Shown piece after piece: positions 31,324-40,491 of a stretch of DNA of 42,979 nucleotides; the first letter of the stretch is position 1; each line of letters opens with the position of its first letter. Source of the DNA: an archaeon (lineage in GTDB: Archaea > Nanobdellota > Nanobdellia > Woesearchaeales > JBDRIN01). The notes below the pieces were generated by a model, which was not told the origin of the DNA, made no database searches, and was given only the letters and a program-made list of their open reading frames with translations. Both the position numbers and the translations under genes were made by a program. The stretch spans positions 1 through 42,979 of the forward strand of contig JBDRIN010000076.1 in the NCBI GenBank assembly GCA_043815805.1. The letters are read 5' to 3'.

Positions 31324-34300
31324 TTAAATCAGTTTTAGTTCTTTCATTGTAGAATAGAGCTCTTTCTCAGTCAACAGTTTCTTGTCGTAGAACTCGAGCA
31401 AGATGTCTGAGACTTCTTTCTTCTCTATCTTGCCTTGGTTCACAAGGGTTGAGAGTATCGCCTTGAAGACATCCATATCTAGCTGTTTCTTCTCTGTGAC
31501 ATTGGCGAAGATGCTCATCATGTCGTCTTTCTTTATCTTGTCTTTCTGGACGGCTTTCTTGACATTATCATGTGACTCTCCTGACATTGCTGCTAGTTTC
31601 TTGAAAATGTCTTGGTCAGGCATATCCAGGGGTTTTGTTGCAGACCCTTTAGTAGAAGTGGATGGTTCTGTCGGCTTAGACGGCGCTTTTAGACCAGTAG
31701 CTTTCGGCGTTTTCTGAGCAGGAGCTCCCTGTTCCTTGAGCTGCTTTTTTGTGGATGAAACAGATTTTTTCTTTCCTTCTGAATCCTTGCCGCTGATAGC
31801 TTTTAATCTCTGAAAAACGTCGTCTTCCATATCTCCTTTCTTCAGGTCCCTTTCTTTTTTCTTCGTTGCCCCTTTATGCAAATCGTCCAGGTTGATATAT
31901 CCTCCATTCTCTTCGGTTTTCTTTCCTGCAGATTTTGACAATTGCTTCTTGGCTTGTGTTGGGGTTTCCTTTGGAGCCGGTTTGGTGGCTGGAGTTTGAC
32001 TTTGATTTTTCTTCTCGCCAGAATCAAAGGCTTTCATAAGCTCAGTCCTGCGCTGTTTCTTCTTCGCAGCCCTCTCCCTTGCGACTTCTCTTGCAAGCTT
32101 CAACCTATCGGCATGTTCTTTCTGTTCTTGTGGTGAAAGTGCTCTTGGCATCGCCACTGTGTTCTGTGGTTTGCTGTATCTTTGGATTCTTGCACCAGGA
32201 GTTCTTGGTCCCATACCTTGTTGGCGTTGTTGGGGAGTATAACTTTCTTCTTTGAAGTATCTTGAATAAATCATATAGCCGAGGCCTCCTCCGAATAAGA
32301 TTAAGCCGATTATCAACAGCCAGAAAGGCAGGTTGAACCCTTCACCATCGCCTGGAGGCGGTGGTTGGTCTGTAGCGTTCTTGCATATCTTGTCTGTGTC
32401 ACAGAAACCGCTTGAGCAGTCAGTGTTATATTTGCAACCTTTTCCATTGGGACACACTGGACATGGTCCTCCACAGTCTATGTCGCTTTCGCCGCCGTTC
32501 TTGACTCCATCGTCGCACGTGGCTTCCTTGCATATTGTTCCGTTATGGCAGTATCCTGTTATGCAATCCGGGTCGTACTCGCATGATTTATTTATGCCGC
32601 AGGCAGTGCAGCTTCCGCCGCAATCAATATCTGTCTCATCTCCATCTTTGACACCGTTGCTGCATAGAGAGACTGGTGTGGTGCATTCTCCAGATACGCA
32701 TGCGCCGCTCTCGCAGTCGCTGTTGGAGTCACAATATTCGTTCTCTCCACATCCCTCGCATACTCCTCCACAATCGATATCTGTCTCATTTCCGTCCTCG
32801 ATGCCGTTGTTGCATGAGCCGCCGAGGATTATATGCCTTAATCCTGAAGCGTTGTTGCCAGCATTATCAAAACCGATATAGCAGAAATATGCTGTCTGGG
32901 TCACCTCAAGTGTCGTTCCGTAATTCTTGCTCGTGGTCGGGTCGCAGTCATCAAATGACTCTTCAAGATCATACTTATAGCTGTTTGTGCAGCCGCTGTT
33001 ATCGTCTGCGCAGGTCACGTTGATAAGCACAGAATCATTGGTAGTTCTCAGTATGAGCTCTAGCAGCGGAGGTTCTGTGTCGCAGCCGGCGAAGTTGTCT
33101 GGATTCCTCACCCTTGTGTTCTTGGTCTCTACATCTCCTTTGTTCCCTGCATTGTCTACTGCATAAACTTTCCAAGAGTATGTCTCGTTCTCTTCAAGAT
33201 TTGTGTTGACAGTGGCCCCACCGCTTGTTGTGGTTCTCCACCCAATAACGTTATCGCTGCCTTGCATGACAGTATAATTATAGAATCCAATTCCTGATCC
33301 TCCGTCATTGTCATCTGCATCAAATGTAGCTACGAGCCTTGACAAAGAGCAGCTTGGGTCTTCAGTATCTATGCTTGGCTTGCCAGGCTTGGTCCTGTCC
33401 ACTTGGAACTTGAATGGTTTCTCTGTCGGTCCATACGCAGACACGCATTTCACCCAGTATTTGTATTCTTCCTCTGGTAGGTTGCCCATGTCTTGGCTGA
33501 ATATCCTTTGATTGGGTGAGAAAGATTCAAAGTCATACCATACTGCTCTGTTGCTGTCATTAGTGAACTGGCATCCTCCTGTTGCCTTGACACTTGTCTC
33601 AATCTGGAATATGACTGGGTTGGCTTTGGTGTAACTGCCAGGGCTCCGCATTGTTATGCCTATCTGCTCGGTGAACTCTACTCTTACAGTATAATTCTTT
33701 CCGCGCTCCAGACCTGCAAGGTTAGTGCACCTTATTTCGTACACTACGTTTTCTGGCGGTTCTCCTATCAGGCCTAAATAATCAAGCACAACTTTATGTT
33801 TGTAGTCATAGGTGGATGCATTATTAGGCTTGTTGCCGGGAAAATCTCTGATAACACCCTCGTTTTTGTAGGTGCAGACGACCTTATCGTTGGACTCCAC
33901 CTTTAGGGTTGTGTTATGAGTTTCTATGTCGATGACTGGGTTAGGCACAGCAACTACAATTATTGAAGGCGCGCTTGGATCATAACCCAATACAACGCTT
34001 CCAAGGTGGACTCTCCCAGTAGTATCAATGCATTCCAGAAAAAGCTTCCTTTCAGACCCTGCTGTGAGGTGTATCGGGCTTGTGGCATTGTTGACATTGT
34101 AAAGCTTTTGCTGGAAGCTTCCTGTCTCATCGAACTCCAATGGCTTCAGGCCTGCTTCTGTGAAGCCGTAAGAGCACTCTGCAGCGTTCTCTGTCTCTAT
34201 GGTGGCGTTGAATACTTCAAACACAGATATTCCCATGTGTGGCTCTGTGACTATCATCCACATGTATGGTGCGTTGACAATAAAATTGTATATTGTCAAT

Positions 34301-34581
34301 ACTTTGTTGCCGACAAAATCAGCTGCTTTTACAGCCAAGGTATACTCTTGGTTGTGCAGGTGATCTTCAGGCTGGAAGGTGTATATCCTGTTCATGCCAG
34401 AAGAAGGAGTTATTATCAATGCATAGTTATTATCTGAATCATCTGTCAGATTAGCCGTGTCTATCCTGACCTGTTCTTCATAAGAGAAGGTTATGACTGG
34501 CCTTGATTTGGTTGTCGTACTGCTAGCTAAGACCATGCCTATCATCAAAAGTAGCAGGAACAATAGCATTAATTTTTTCAT
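31324..34581 (-). CDS. Large single-pass surface protein (1085 aa): Sec signal, Ig/FN3-like ectodomain, three tandem Cys modules, TM helix and ~310-aa Lys-rich cytoplasmic tail
   Basis: Signal MKKLMLLFLLLLMIGMVLASS. TM FWLLIIGLILFGGGLGYMIY (nt 32266-32325). Tail motifs DDVFQRLKAISGKD (31783-31824) and QDIFKKLAAMSGES (31573-31614). Confidence 0.75.
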   Translation of the reverse strand: MKKLMLLFLLLLMIGMVLASSTTTKSRPVITFSYEEQVRIDTANLTDDSDNNYALIITPSSGMNRIYTFQPEDHLHNQEYTLAVKAADFVGNKVLTIYNFIVNAPYMWMIVTEPHMGISVFEVFNATIETENAAECSYGFTEAGLKPLEFDETGSFQQKLYNVNNATSPIHLTAGSERKLFLECIDTTGRVHLGSVVLGYDPSAPSIIVVAVPNPVIDIETHNTTLKVESNDKVVCTYKNEGVIRDFPGNKPNNASTYDYKHKVVLDYLGLIGEPPENVVYEIRCTNLAGLERGKNYTVRVEFTEQIGITMRSPGSYTKANPVIFQIETSVKATGGCQFTNDSNRAVWYDFESFSPNQRIFSQDMGNLPEEEYKYWVKCVSAYGPTEKPFKFQVDRTKPGKPSIDTEDPSCSLSRLVATFDADDNDGGSGIGFYNYTVMQGSDNVIGWRTTTSGGATVNTNLEENETYSWKVYAVDNAGNKGDVETKNTRVRNPDNFAGCDTEPPLLELILRTTNDSVLINVTCADDNSGCTNSYKYDLEESFDDCDPTTSKNYGTTLEVTQTAYFCYIGFDNAGNNASGLRHIILGGSCNNGIEDGNETDIDCGGVCEGCGENEYCDSNSDCESGACVSGECTTPVSLCSNGVKDGDETDIDCGGSCTACGINKSCEYDPDCITGYCHNGTICKEATCDDGVKNGGESDIDCGGPCPVCPNGKGCKYNTDCSSGFCDTDKICKNATDQPPPPGDGEGFNLPFWLLIIGLILFGGGLGYMIYSRYFKEESYTPQQRQQGMGPRTPGARIQRYSKPQNTVAMPRALSPQEQKEHADRLKLAREVARERAAKKKQRRTELMKAFDSGEKKNQSQTPATKPAPKETPTQAKKQLSKSAGKKTEENGGYINLDDLHKGATKKKERDLKKGDMEDDVFQRLKAISGKDSEGKKKSVSSTKKQLKEQGAPAQKTPKATGLKAPSKPTEPSTSTKGSATKPLDMPDQDIFKKLAAMSGESHDNVKKAVQKDKIKKDDMMSIFANVTEKKQLDMDVFKAILSTLVNQGKIEKKEVSDILLEFYDKKLLTEKELYSTMKELKLI
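32373..32815 (-). repeat. Three tandem ~45-aa Cys-rich modules, C-x-(N/D)G-(I/V)-x-(D/N)G-x-E-(T/S)-D-I-D-C-G-G-x-C-x-x-C...
   Basis: CNNGIEDGNETDIDCGGVCEGCGENEYCDSNSDCESGACVSGEC / CSNGVKDGDETDIDCGGSCTACGINKSCEYDPDCITGYCHNGTIC / CDDGVKNGGESDIDCGGPCPVCPNGKGCKYNTDCSSGFCDTDKIC. Confidence 0.85.
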
Positions 34582-34601
34582 AAATTACCTCTTTTTTAGG
34601 A

Positions 34602-37600
34602 TCAACTGATTGTGATGTGCGGCTGGCCAGGGGCTAGCCAGTCATGGAGTATCGAGATGGTGGCGCCTATCTCGTTGCCTGCATAATCTTGGGCGACCAG
34701 TGTGACATTGCTGAAGACTTCTTGGCCTGGCTGTGCATCAAAGGTTATGTTCATGCTGAAGGTGCCATCGCCTATGCAGTCCTCTACGGTCGGACCTCCA
34801 CATTCAAGTATCTCTCCTTTCCTAATATTATTCACATAAGCAATTATTATCTCTGTATCTGCTTCTGACTCTCCCACAAATCTAACATTCAGCTTGTTGG
34901 TTATGCATTGGCCAGTTAGGTTCTCTCCGACGCATTGAGGATATATATCTGTTATAGAGAAATATGGTGGCCTGTTATCCACTAGTATGTTGTATTGCTC
35001 TTCTTCATGGTTGCCTGCATAATCACTGACCCTGATGGTTATGTCTTTCTCTTCCTCATGGTCTGCAGGGACCCCCCAATCAAAGGTCTCTGGTATCGTG
35101 AAAGTGAATTCTGTGCCTTGGGCAGTGGTGTCCATAGTCAATTCATCTCCTGAAATGTTCATCACCACTACTATCTCTTTCTCATTGGTGACTGTAAGGT
35201 CTATCGGCAGGGCAACTCCTGGTCTTATCCTGTCTGGCATGTCTAGGGTGAAGAGCGGCGCATGCGTATCTATTTCTATGTTGAAGACTTTGTAGCCTGG
35301 GAAAGTCTCATGCTCGTCTATGAGGCCTGCTGCTTCTGCCTTGAGCCTATAGGGTTCTTCTTCTAGTGTCTCTGTGAATGAGCAGTTGAGCGCTGATGAT
35401 TGGAAGGGTTCTGTCAAGTCGTCCTGTATTTCCTGGTCAAGCTGGTCAAAGGTTATGTCGTTGCAGTTGATTGTGTTGTTTTCGTCAAGAAGGGTTATGT
35501 TGGTCCATGCGAGTTCGCTTATGGCATATACCAGCGCGAATCCGGGATCTAAGCTGTTTATGTAGTAGACTCCCATTGGAGAGGGCTGTATGAATCCGTT
35601 CCTCCATCTGAAGTCTGGACTTTCCAAAGCACCTTCTCTCACTTCGAACTGCCACTCTGCTGACTTGTTGTTGCCAGCAAAGTCTCTTGCAAAGACTGTC
35701 ACGTTATAGATCGCATTGTCCAGGTCCTGGTTTGGGTTGACAAAGAACCTGTAGGTCTTCTTGGGATAGGTATCTTCGACAGAGTAATTGACAAAGAGAG
35801 AGTAAGTCACGTTCTCATCTCCCACAGCCACTTCTACTCTTTCTGCATCCAGTCCTTCGTCAAGTATAGTGAAGGTTATGTTGATAGTAGAGGTGGTTAC
35901 TGTCTCATCGATCGGGTTCATACTTCTTATTATGGGAGCTTCTGAATCATAGAAGACCTTGTAGGTCGGAGTGTAAGCATGGTATTGCATATAGTTTCTG
36001 TAGCCTGCCGAGATGTTGGTCAGGCCTTCTGGCAGGTCAAGAAGCATGCCGAACCATGTATAAGGGACTTCTTTCCTGTAGCTCTTCGCTGTCGTGCCAA
36101 CAGGGATCTCTTCTTCAAGTGCTGGGCTTATGGTCAAATGAAGTATGCCTCCGACTCTCTCTGAATTCATGATCTTGTAGTATTTCTTGTAGTTGCCGTA
36201 AGATTCCCTCTCTTTGCCTTCGAAATGCACATAATAGCCAGCTGGCCAGTTTGAAGGCAGAGCGATAGTCGGCAATTTAACCAGGGTTGCATTAGCAAGC
36301 GCTGTCTCATAGACTGTCTGGAGAGCTTCATGATCGATTTCTGCATTGAACACAAGTTGGTCGTATTCGTGCACAATTAGGTTGTTATAATAGAACCATA
36401 TGAGTTCTCTTGAGTTGCTTGTGTGGCCCGATACAAAGAGGTTTCCGTCGCTGGTGTAAAATACTTCTTGTTCATCATTTGGGAAAAGTGGATAATCATA
36501 ATCAGGATACTCTAGGAAGTCTGGCTCAAAGACAGGTTCTGGAGGAGTCACGGTATCTATTATTATGTCTATGCTTCCTCTGCCTTGGTTTCCTGCTTCA
36601 TCATAACCTATTGCCTCTAAAGAGGTCTCTAGATATTCTCCTCCAAAGTTTTCCAGGTCTATCTTGAGTATGGCTGTCCAGCTTGTCGGACTCTCTTGTG
36701 TGACATTGAAATCATATTGCCTGTTGACAAAGTGAAGATCAAGGTCTGTTGAGGGTTCTGTGGCCTCTATGCTTATCGAGTAGACTCCGAAACCTAGCAC
36801 TGTGACTGAAGGCCCACCTCCAAACGGAGTCACATCAAGCGTCATGTTTGGTGGCGTAGCATCTATGGACAAGGTGACTGTCTGCACTGTTTCCCTGTTT
36901 CCGACAGCGTCTTCAGAAAAGAAACAGATTTTGTATTCTCCGGATTCATCAAAGACTCTTGTCAGGAGCGGTGGATTCTCCACTTCAACAAATGTATCTA
37001 GGTTCTGGGATTCGCAGTTGTCTTGTACGCTGAAATAGAGCTTCTGGCATCCTGAGCTCCAGTCTCGTCCATAATCTATGAGCGGCCAGTCTGTACAATT
37101 AAAACGTACTCTGGCAAAGCGGTATCTTCCTCCAGACTCGAACTCTCCGCCCATGTCCCATCCGTAATAGTCTGAATAAGGAGGTGTGCAGTCCGTTGCA
37201 AACCTTATCTGGTCTGCTTCGTTGCCTTCCACATATTCCCCGCTGTCTGCAAAAGTGCATGCTGTGTTGAATCCCCAGACTTCTGATTCTATAAGCGATA
37301 ATGTTGAAGAATGTGACATGCCCCCGGTCACAGTAAAAGGAGTTGTCGGAGCCCCGTTTCCATAGCTGCAGGTCGCATCTGCATAGGTGTCTATGCTTAT
37401 CTCTACGTTGCCGCAGGCCACTGTGCCTGTCGGCTGCGGATCGTCTATGCGGAAGTCTCCTGCGATTGGTATCTGGATTACTTCATCAAATATGTTGCCG
37501 TATATGTCTTCGCAATATACAGCGTAGTTGTAATAACCGTCTTCTAAAGCGACATAGGTCCTTGTCCAGCTTGTTCCTCTTAGTCTGTCTATGTCGTTCC

Positions 37601-40409
37601 AGACCTGGACAGCTCCTCCGCTATCTTCAGACAGGCTGGCAGAGCATACAGCTTCTCTGCTTGCGCTTATAGTGATGGTCAGGTCACTGATCCATATCTG
37701 GGTTCCGTCTATCTCCATCTGGTTGAACACGTTGTAAGGCACTGTGACAACAAATGGCTCTGCATCAACTGTGAAAGTGTAATCCTTTATGGGCTCTAGG
37801 TTTCTTGCCGGGTCAAGCGAATAATAGAACAGTCTGTAAGTCTTGACCGTGTTCATCTCAGAATCTATCATTGGATGTATCTTGCTATATGTTGCCTTGT
37901 TTGCTAACGTGCTGTTAGGATAGCATGTACTTTCTGAGAAGCAGAAGTATGTCTCCAGAGAGTTTACATTGTAGATACCATCAAGGACAGAGTATTCTAT
38001 CTCGGGAAACTTGCTGAATGTCTTTCCTGGCGGATTGACTATTTCTGTCTGTGGGCTCTCAAAATCAAGCTCGCACGTTGCGTCTGGGTAAGTCTCACAG
38101 TCTCTTAAGTCTGCTAGTAGATTTGGTGAGTTATCATCTGCATCCCTATAGCATTTGTCGCCTATGGGCTTGTCTTCATCCCATTTGCACTTGGTGTAGC
38201 CAAAGAAGGAATAGCTTTCGTTCTGAATCTCGTGTGAACCACCTGACCTTATGCCTCCGGCAGCATATTCCACATCTGCGTCAAAGTCCTGGCCTAAGCC
38301 ATTATAGTTTATGCAGTCTTCTTCTGTGTCAAACTGCTTACAGAAAGTCTGGCTCTGTGCTATGCATCCTTTAGGATCATATCCCTCGTCGTCAAAATAA
38401 CAATTGCCAAAGTATTGGCATATCTCTTCGCTGCACCATTCCCACTCGCATTCACTGCAGTCCTCATATTCTGGATTGTCTGAATAGCAGACTCCTTTGC
38501 CTAACTCTTGGTTGATGTAGGTCCAATCGCAGTCTTTGTTCAGGCTGCAGGGGTCTTCTTCACAGACTCCTTTTGAATTATAAGCATAACATGATGTGAT
38601 ATTCTCGCATTTGTGGTACTTGTCGACTGTTGTCTGGGTGTAATCATATACACAAGTAGGGACTGTTTCGCAAAGATGCAGATCATCAGCATATTCTAAC
38701 ACGACATTACCTAAGATGGCGCCGTACATGGCAAAGACTCCGTTGCATTTATCGCATGGTGCCTGTACATTGCACTGCACTTCTTGCATTGGCTCTCCTG
38801 AGCCGTCGAATTTCCTTAGGCATATCTCTTTTGGATCATGATTCTTACAGTCTTTGTCGTCCCCGAATTCAGGAGGCTTTATCATGACAAGCTGGTTCAG
38901 GGCGTTGCAGGCATAACCTGAGTTGTTTATGCATACTTCTTCGAACTCCATATTTATGCATTCATCATCACCCATATCCTGGCACACGATGTTTGATTCC
39001 ATCTCGCCTGTTGGGAATTCTCCGACAACATAATAGCAGTATCTTGTGCTTGTTTTCAAAAGAGGATTATCATCCCTGTAGACCAGAGCTTCTGTTCCTT
39101 GGATAAAAGAAAAATCACCGCCAGTTGAGTCGCAGTCTGCTGCTCCGTCATCTTCGCATCTGTAGACTCGGTAACCCTCATCGCATTCAACTTCTGGAAT
39201 CAACACCCATTCAAGGTCAAAGGCTTTCATATCATCCACCGGCGTGACATTGACAAGAGCTACTGATGCTGGATCGCAGGTGTCTGGGCACTTGCATTCG
39301 TCTGTGCAGTCTGCTCCGTTCTCACAAGTATTTCCTGGGAAGCATTCTGAAAATCCTGATTCTTGGCAGGTGTCTGGAAAAAAGAAGCAATTGCACGCCC
39401 CGTTCTGGCCAGGAGCTATGCACATCCCGTTCGTACAGTCATCATCACTTTCGCATTCTTCCCAAGGTTCATCTATCACACCATCGCCGCAGCTGGTCTC
39501 TACCACCTCTTCTGGTTCGCAGTCCTGGTCATCGTTTGGTGCTCCGTTCTGCCGGACACACCAGTCTGGACAGACTCCCATGACATCATAATGATACTCG
39601 TTTCCATTTGGCCCTGTGTTCTCTGCAGCAGTCAAGCAGGAGCAGTCAGGGTCGAATATATCCTCTTGATCTGGCGTTGCATCAGGGCAATGCGGTGGGC
39701 AGATTCCATTCGATAAGGGATCTGTCGGTATGCATATGTCTATGAGTAAGCAATCAGGGTCGCCTTCGCATTTTTGGCAGTATTCCAAAGCTTGTGGATA
39801 ATTACCAAGATTATAATCCAGCCATCTTCCTGCAGCGTTGCACCAGGAATCTGTCGTGAAGTTGCATTGTCCTGGCTCGCATTCGCAATCAGGTATTGAA
39901 GAGTCGAATATGTTACTGCAGTCTCCGTTGGCTTCGCAATTGTCGATTGTGCAATCATCTCCGTCGTCGCACTGTGAGTCAGTCGTGCATGCATCAACAC
40001 AAGCAGAGGTGTCTAATTGACAGTCTACATCGCAGGCTATGGTTCCACCTGTGAATTCTGGAAACGCTCCACAACTGGCGCCTCCAAGGTTGGTACCATC
40101 GCATTCCTCTGGCTCTTCTATGATTCCGTTGCCGCAGACTGGCGTAGGAGGAGTATCTGCACAGAAATAATTGTTGCAGTAGGTGTATTCATCACCATAA
40201 TTTCTAACGATAGCGTCCCATTCGTCAAGGTCTGCAAAGCCTATGAATGTTCCATCCACACATTCTGCGCGTGTTGTGAAATCGCCTCCAAGTGCTGCAT
40301 CAAAGCAGCAGCATCCGTCATCCAGCTCTGCAAGTGCAGAACCGGATAGAGCTAACAGTATAGCTATAGAAATCAGTATAATCAAGGCTTGTTTTCCTCT
40401 AACCATCAT
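34602..40409 (-). CDS. Giant secreted protein (1935 aa): Cys-rich N-terminal ~770 aa, then Cys-poor beta-rich (Ig-like) repeats
   Basis: MMVRGKQALIILISIAILLALSGSALAE signal. CGNGIIEEPEECDGTNLGGASC and SCGDGVIDEPWEECESDDDC resemble CGNG-type cysteine-rich repeats. The Cys-rich part is roughly nt 38060-40320. Confidence 0.75.
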   Translation of the reverse strand: MMVRGKQALIILISIAILLALSGSALAELDDGCCCFDAALGGDFTTRAECVDGTFIGFADLDEWDAIVRNYGDEYTYCNNYFCADTPPTPVCGNGIIEEPEECDGTNLGGASCGAFPEFTGGTIACDVDCQLDTSACVDACTTDSQCDDGDDCTIDNCEANGDCSNIFDSSIPDCECEPGQCNFTTDSWCNAAGRWLDYNLGNYPQALEYCQKCEGDPDCLLIDICIPTDPLSNGICPPHCPDATPDQEDIFDPDCSCLTAAENTGPNGNEYHYDVMGVCPDWCVRQNGAPNDDQDCEPEEVVETSCGDGVIDEPWEECESDDDCTNGMCIAPGQNGACNCFFFPDTCQESGFSECFPGNTCENGADCTDECKCPDTCDPASVALVNVTPVDDMKAFDLEWVLIPEVECDEGYRVYRCEDDGAADCDSTGGDFSFIQGTEALVYRDDNPLLKTSTRYCYYVVGEFPTGEMESNIVCQDMGDDECINMEFEEVCINNSGYACNALNQLVMIKPPEFGDDKDCKNHDPKEICLRKFDGSGEPMQEVQCNVQAPCDKCNGVFAMYGAILGNVVLEYADDLHLCETVPTCVYDYTQTTVDKYHKCENITSCYAYNSKGVCEEDPCSLNKDCDWTYINQELGKGVCYSDNPEYEDCSECEWEWCSEEICQYFGNCYFDDEGYDPKGCIAQSQTFCKQFDTEEDCINYNGLGQDFDADVEYAAGGIRSGGSHEIQNESYSFFGYTKCKWDEDKPIGDKCYRDADDNSPNLLADLRDCETYPDATCELDFESPQTEIVNPPGKTFSKFPEIEYSVLDGIYNVNSLETYFCFSESTCYPNSTLANKATYSKIHPMIDSEMNTVKTYRLFYYSLDPARNLEPIKDYTFTVDAEPFVVTVPYNVFNQMEIDGTQIWISDLTITISASREAVCSASLSEDSGGAVQVWNDIDRLRGTSWTRTYVALEDGYYNYAVYCEDIYGNIFDEVIQIPIAGDFRIDDPQPTGTVACGNVEISIDTYADATCSYGNGAPTTPFTVTGGMSHSSTLSLIESEVWGFNTACTFADSGEYVEGNEADQIRFATDCTPPYSDYYGWDMGGEFESGGRYRFARVRFNCTDWPLIDYGRDWSSGCQKLYFSVQDNCESQNLDTFVEVENPPLLTRVFDESGEYKICFFSEDAVGNRETVQTVTLSIDATPPNMTLDVTPFGGGPSVTVLGFGVYSISIEATEPSTDLDLHFVNRQYDFNVTQESPTSWTAILKIDLENFGGEYLETSLEAIGYDEAGNQGRGSIDIIIDTVTPPEPVFEPDFLEYPDYDYPLFPNDEQEVFYTSDGNLFVSGHTSNSRELIWFYYNNLIVHEYDQLVFNAEIDHEALQTVYETALANATLVKLPTIALPSNWPAGYYVHFEGKERESYGNYKKYYKIMNSERVGGILHLTISPALEEEIPVGTTAKSYRKEVPYTWFGMLLDLPEGLTNISAGYRNYMQYHAYTPTYKVFYDSEAPIIRSMNPIDETVTTSTINITFTILDEGLDAERVEVAVGDENVTYSLFVNYSVEDTYPKKTYRFFVNPNQDLDNAIYNVTVFARDFAGNNKSAEWQFEVREGALESPDFRWRNGFIQPSPMGVYYINSLDPGFALVYAISELAWTNITLLDENNTINCNDITFDQLDQEIQDDLTEPFQSSALNCSFTETLEEEPYRLKAEAAGLIDEHETFPGYKVFNIEIDTHAPLFTLDMPDRIRPGVALPIDLTVTNEKEIVVVMNISGDELTMDTTAQGTEFTFTIPETFDWGVPADHEEEKDITIRVSDYAGNHEEEQYNILVDNRPPYFSITDIYPQCVGENLTGQCITNKLNVRFVGESEADTEIIIAYVNNIRKGEILECGGPTVEDCIGDGTFSMNITFDAQPGQEVFSNVTLVAQDYAGNEIGATISILHDWLAPGQPHITIS

Positions 40410-40491
40410 CCACCATCTTTTTTCCTTAATATACCTATTTTTAAGACTTCATATTTAAATATGTTTTGTTTTTTATCGAGGAAAGAAGTGA

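Noticed and set aside
32333-32881. 182-aa plus-strand Pro/Ser-rich ORF, and the 115-aa ORF at 32676..33023.
   Set aside because: They are antisense to the three tandem Cys modules. Codons for Cys/Gly/Asp read as Pro/Ser/His-rich open frames on the other strand.
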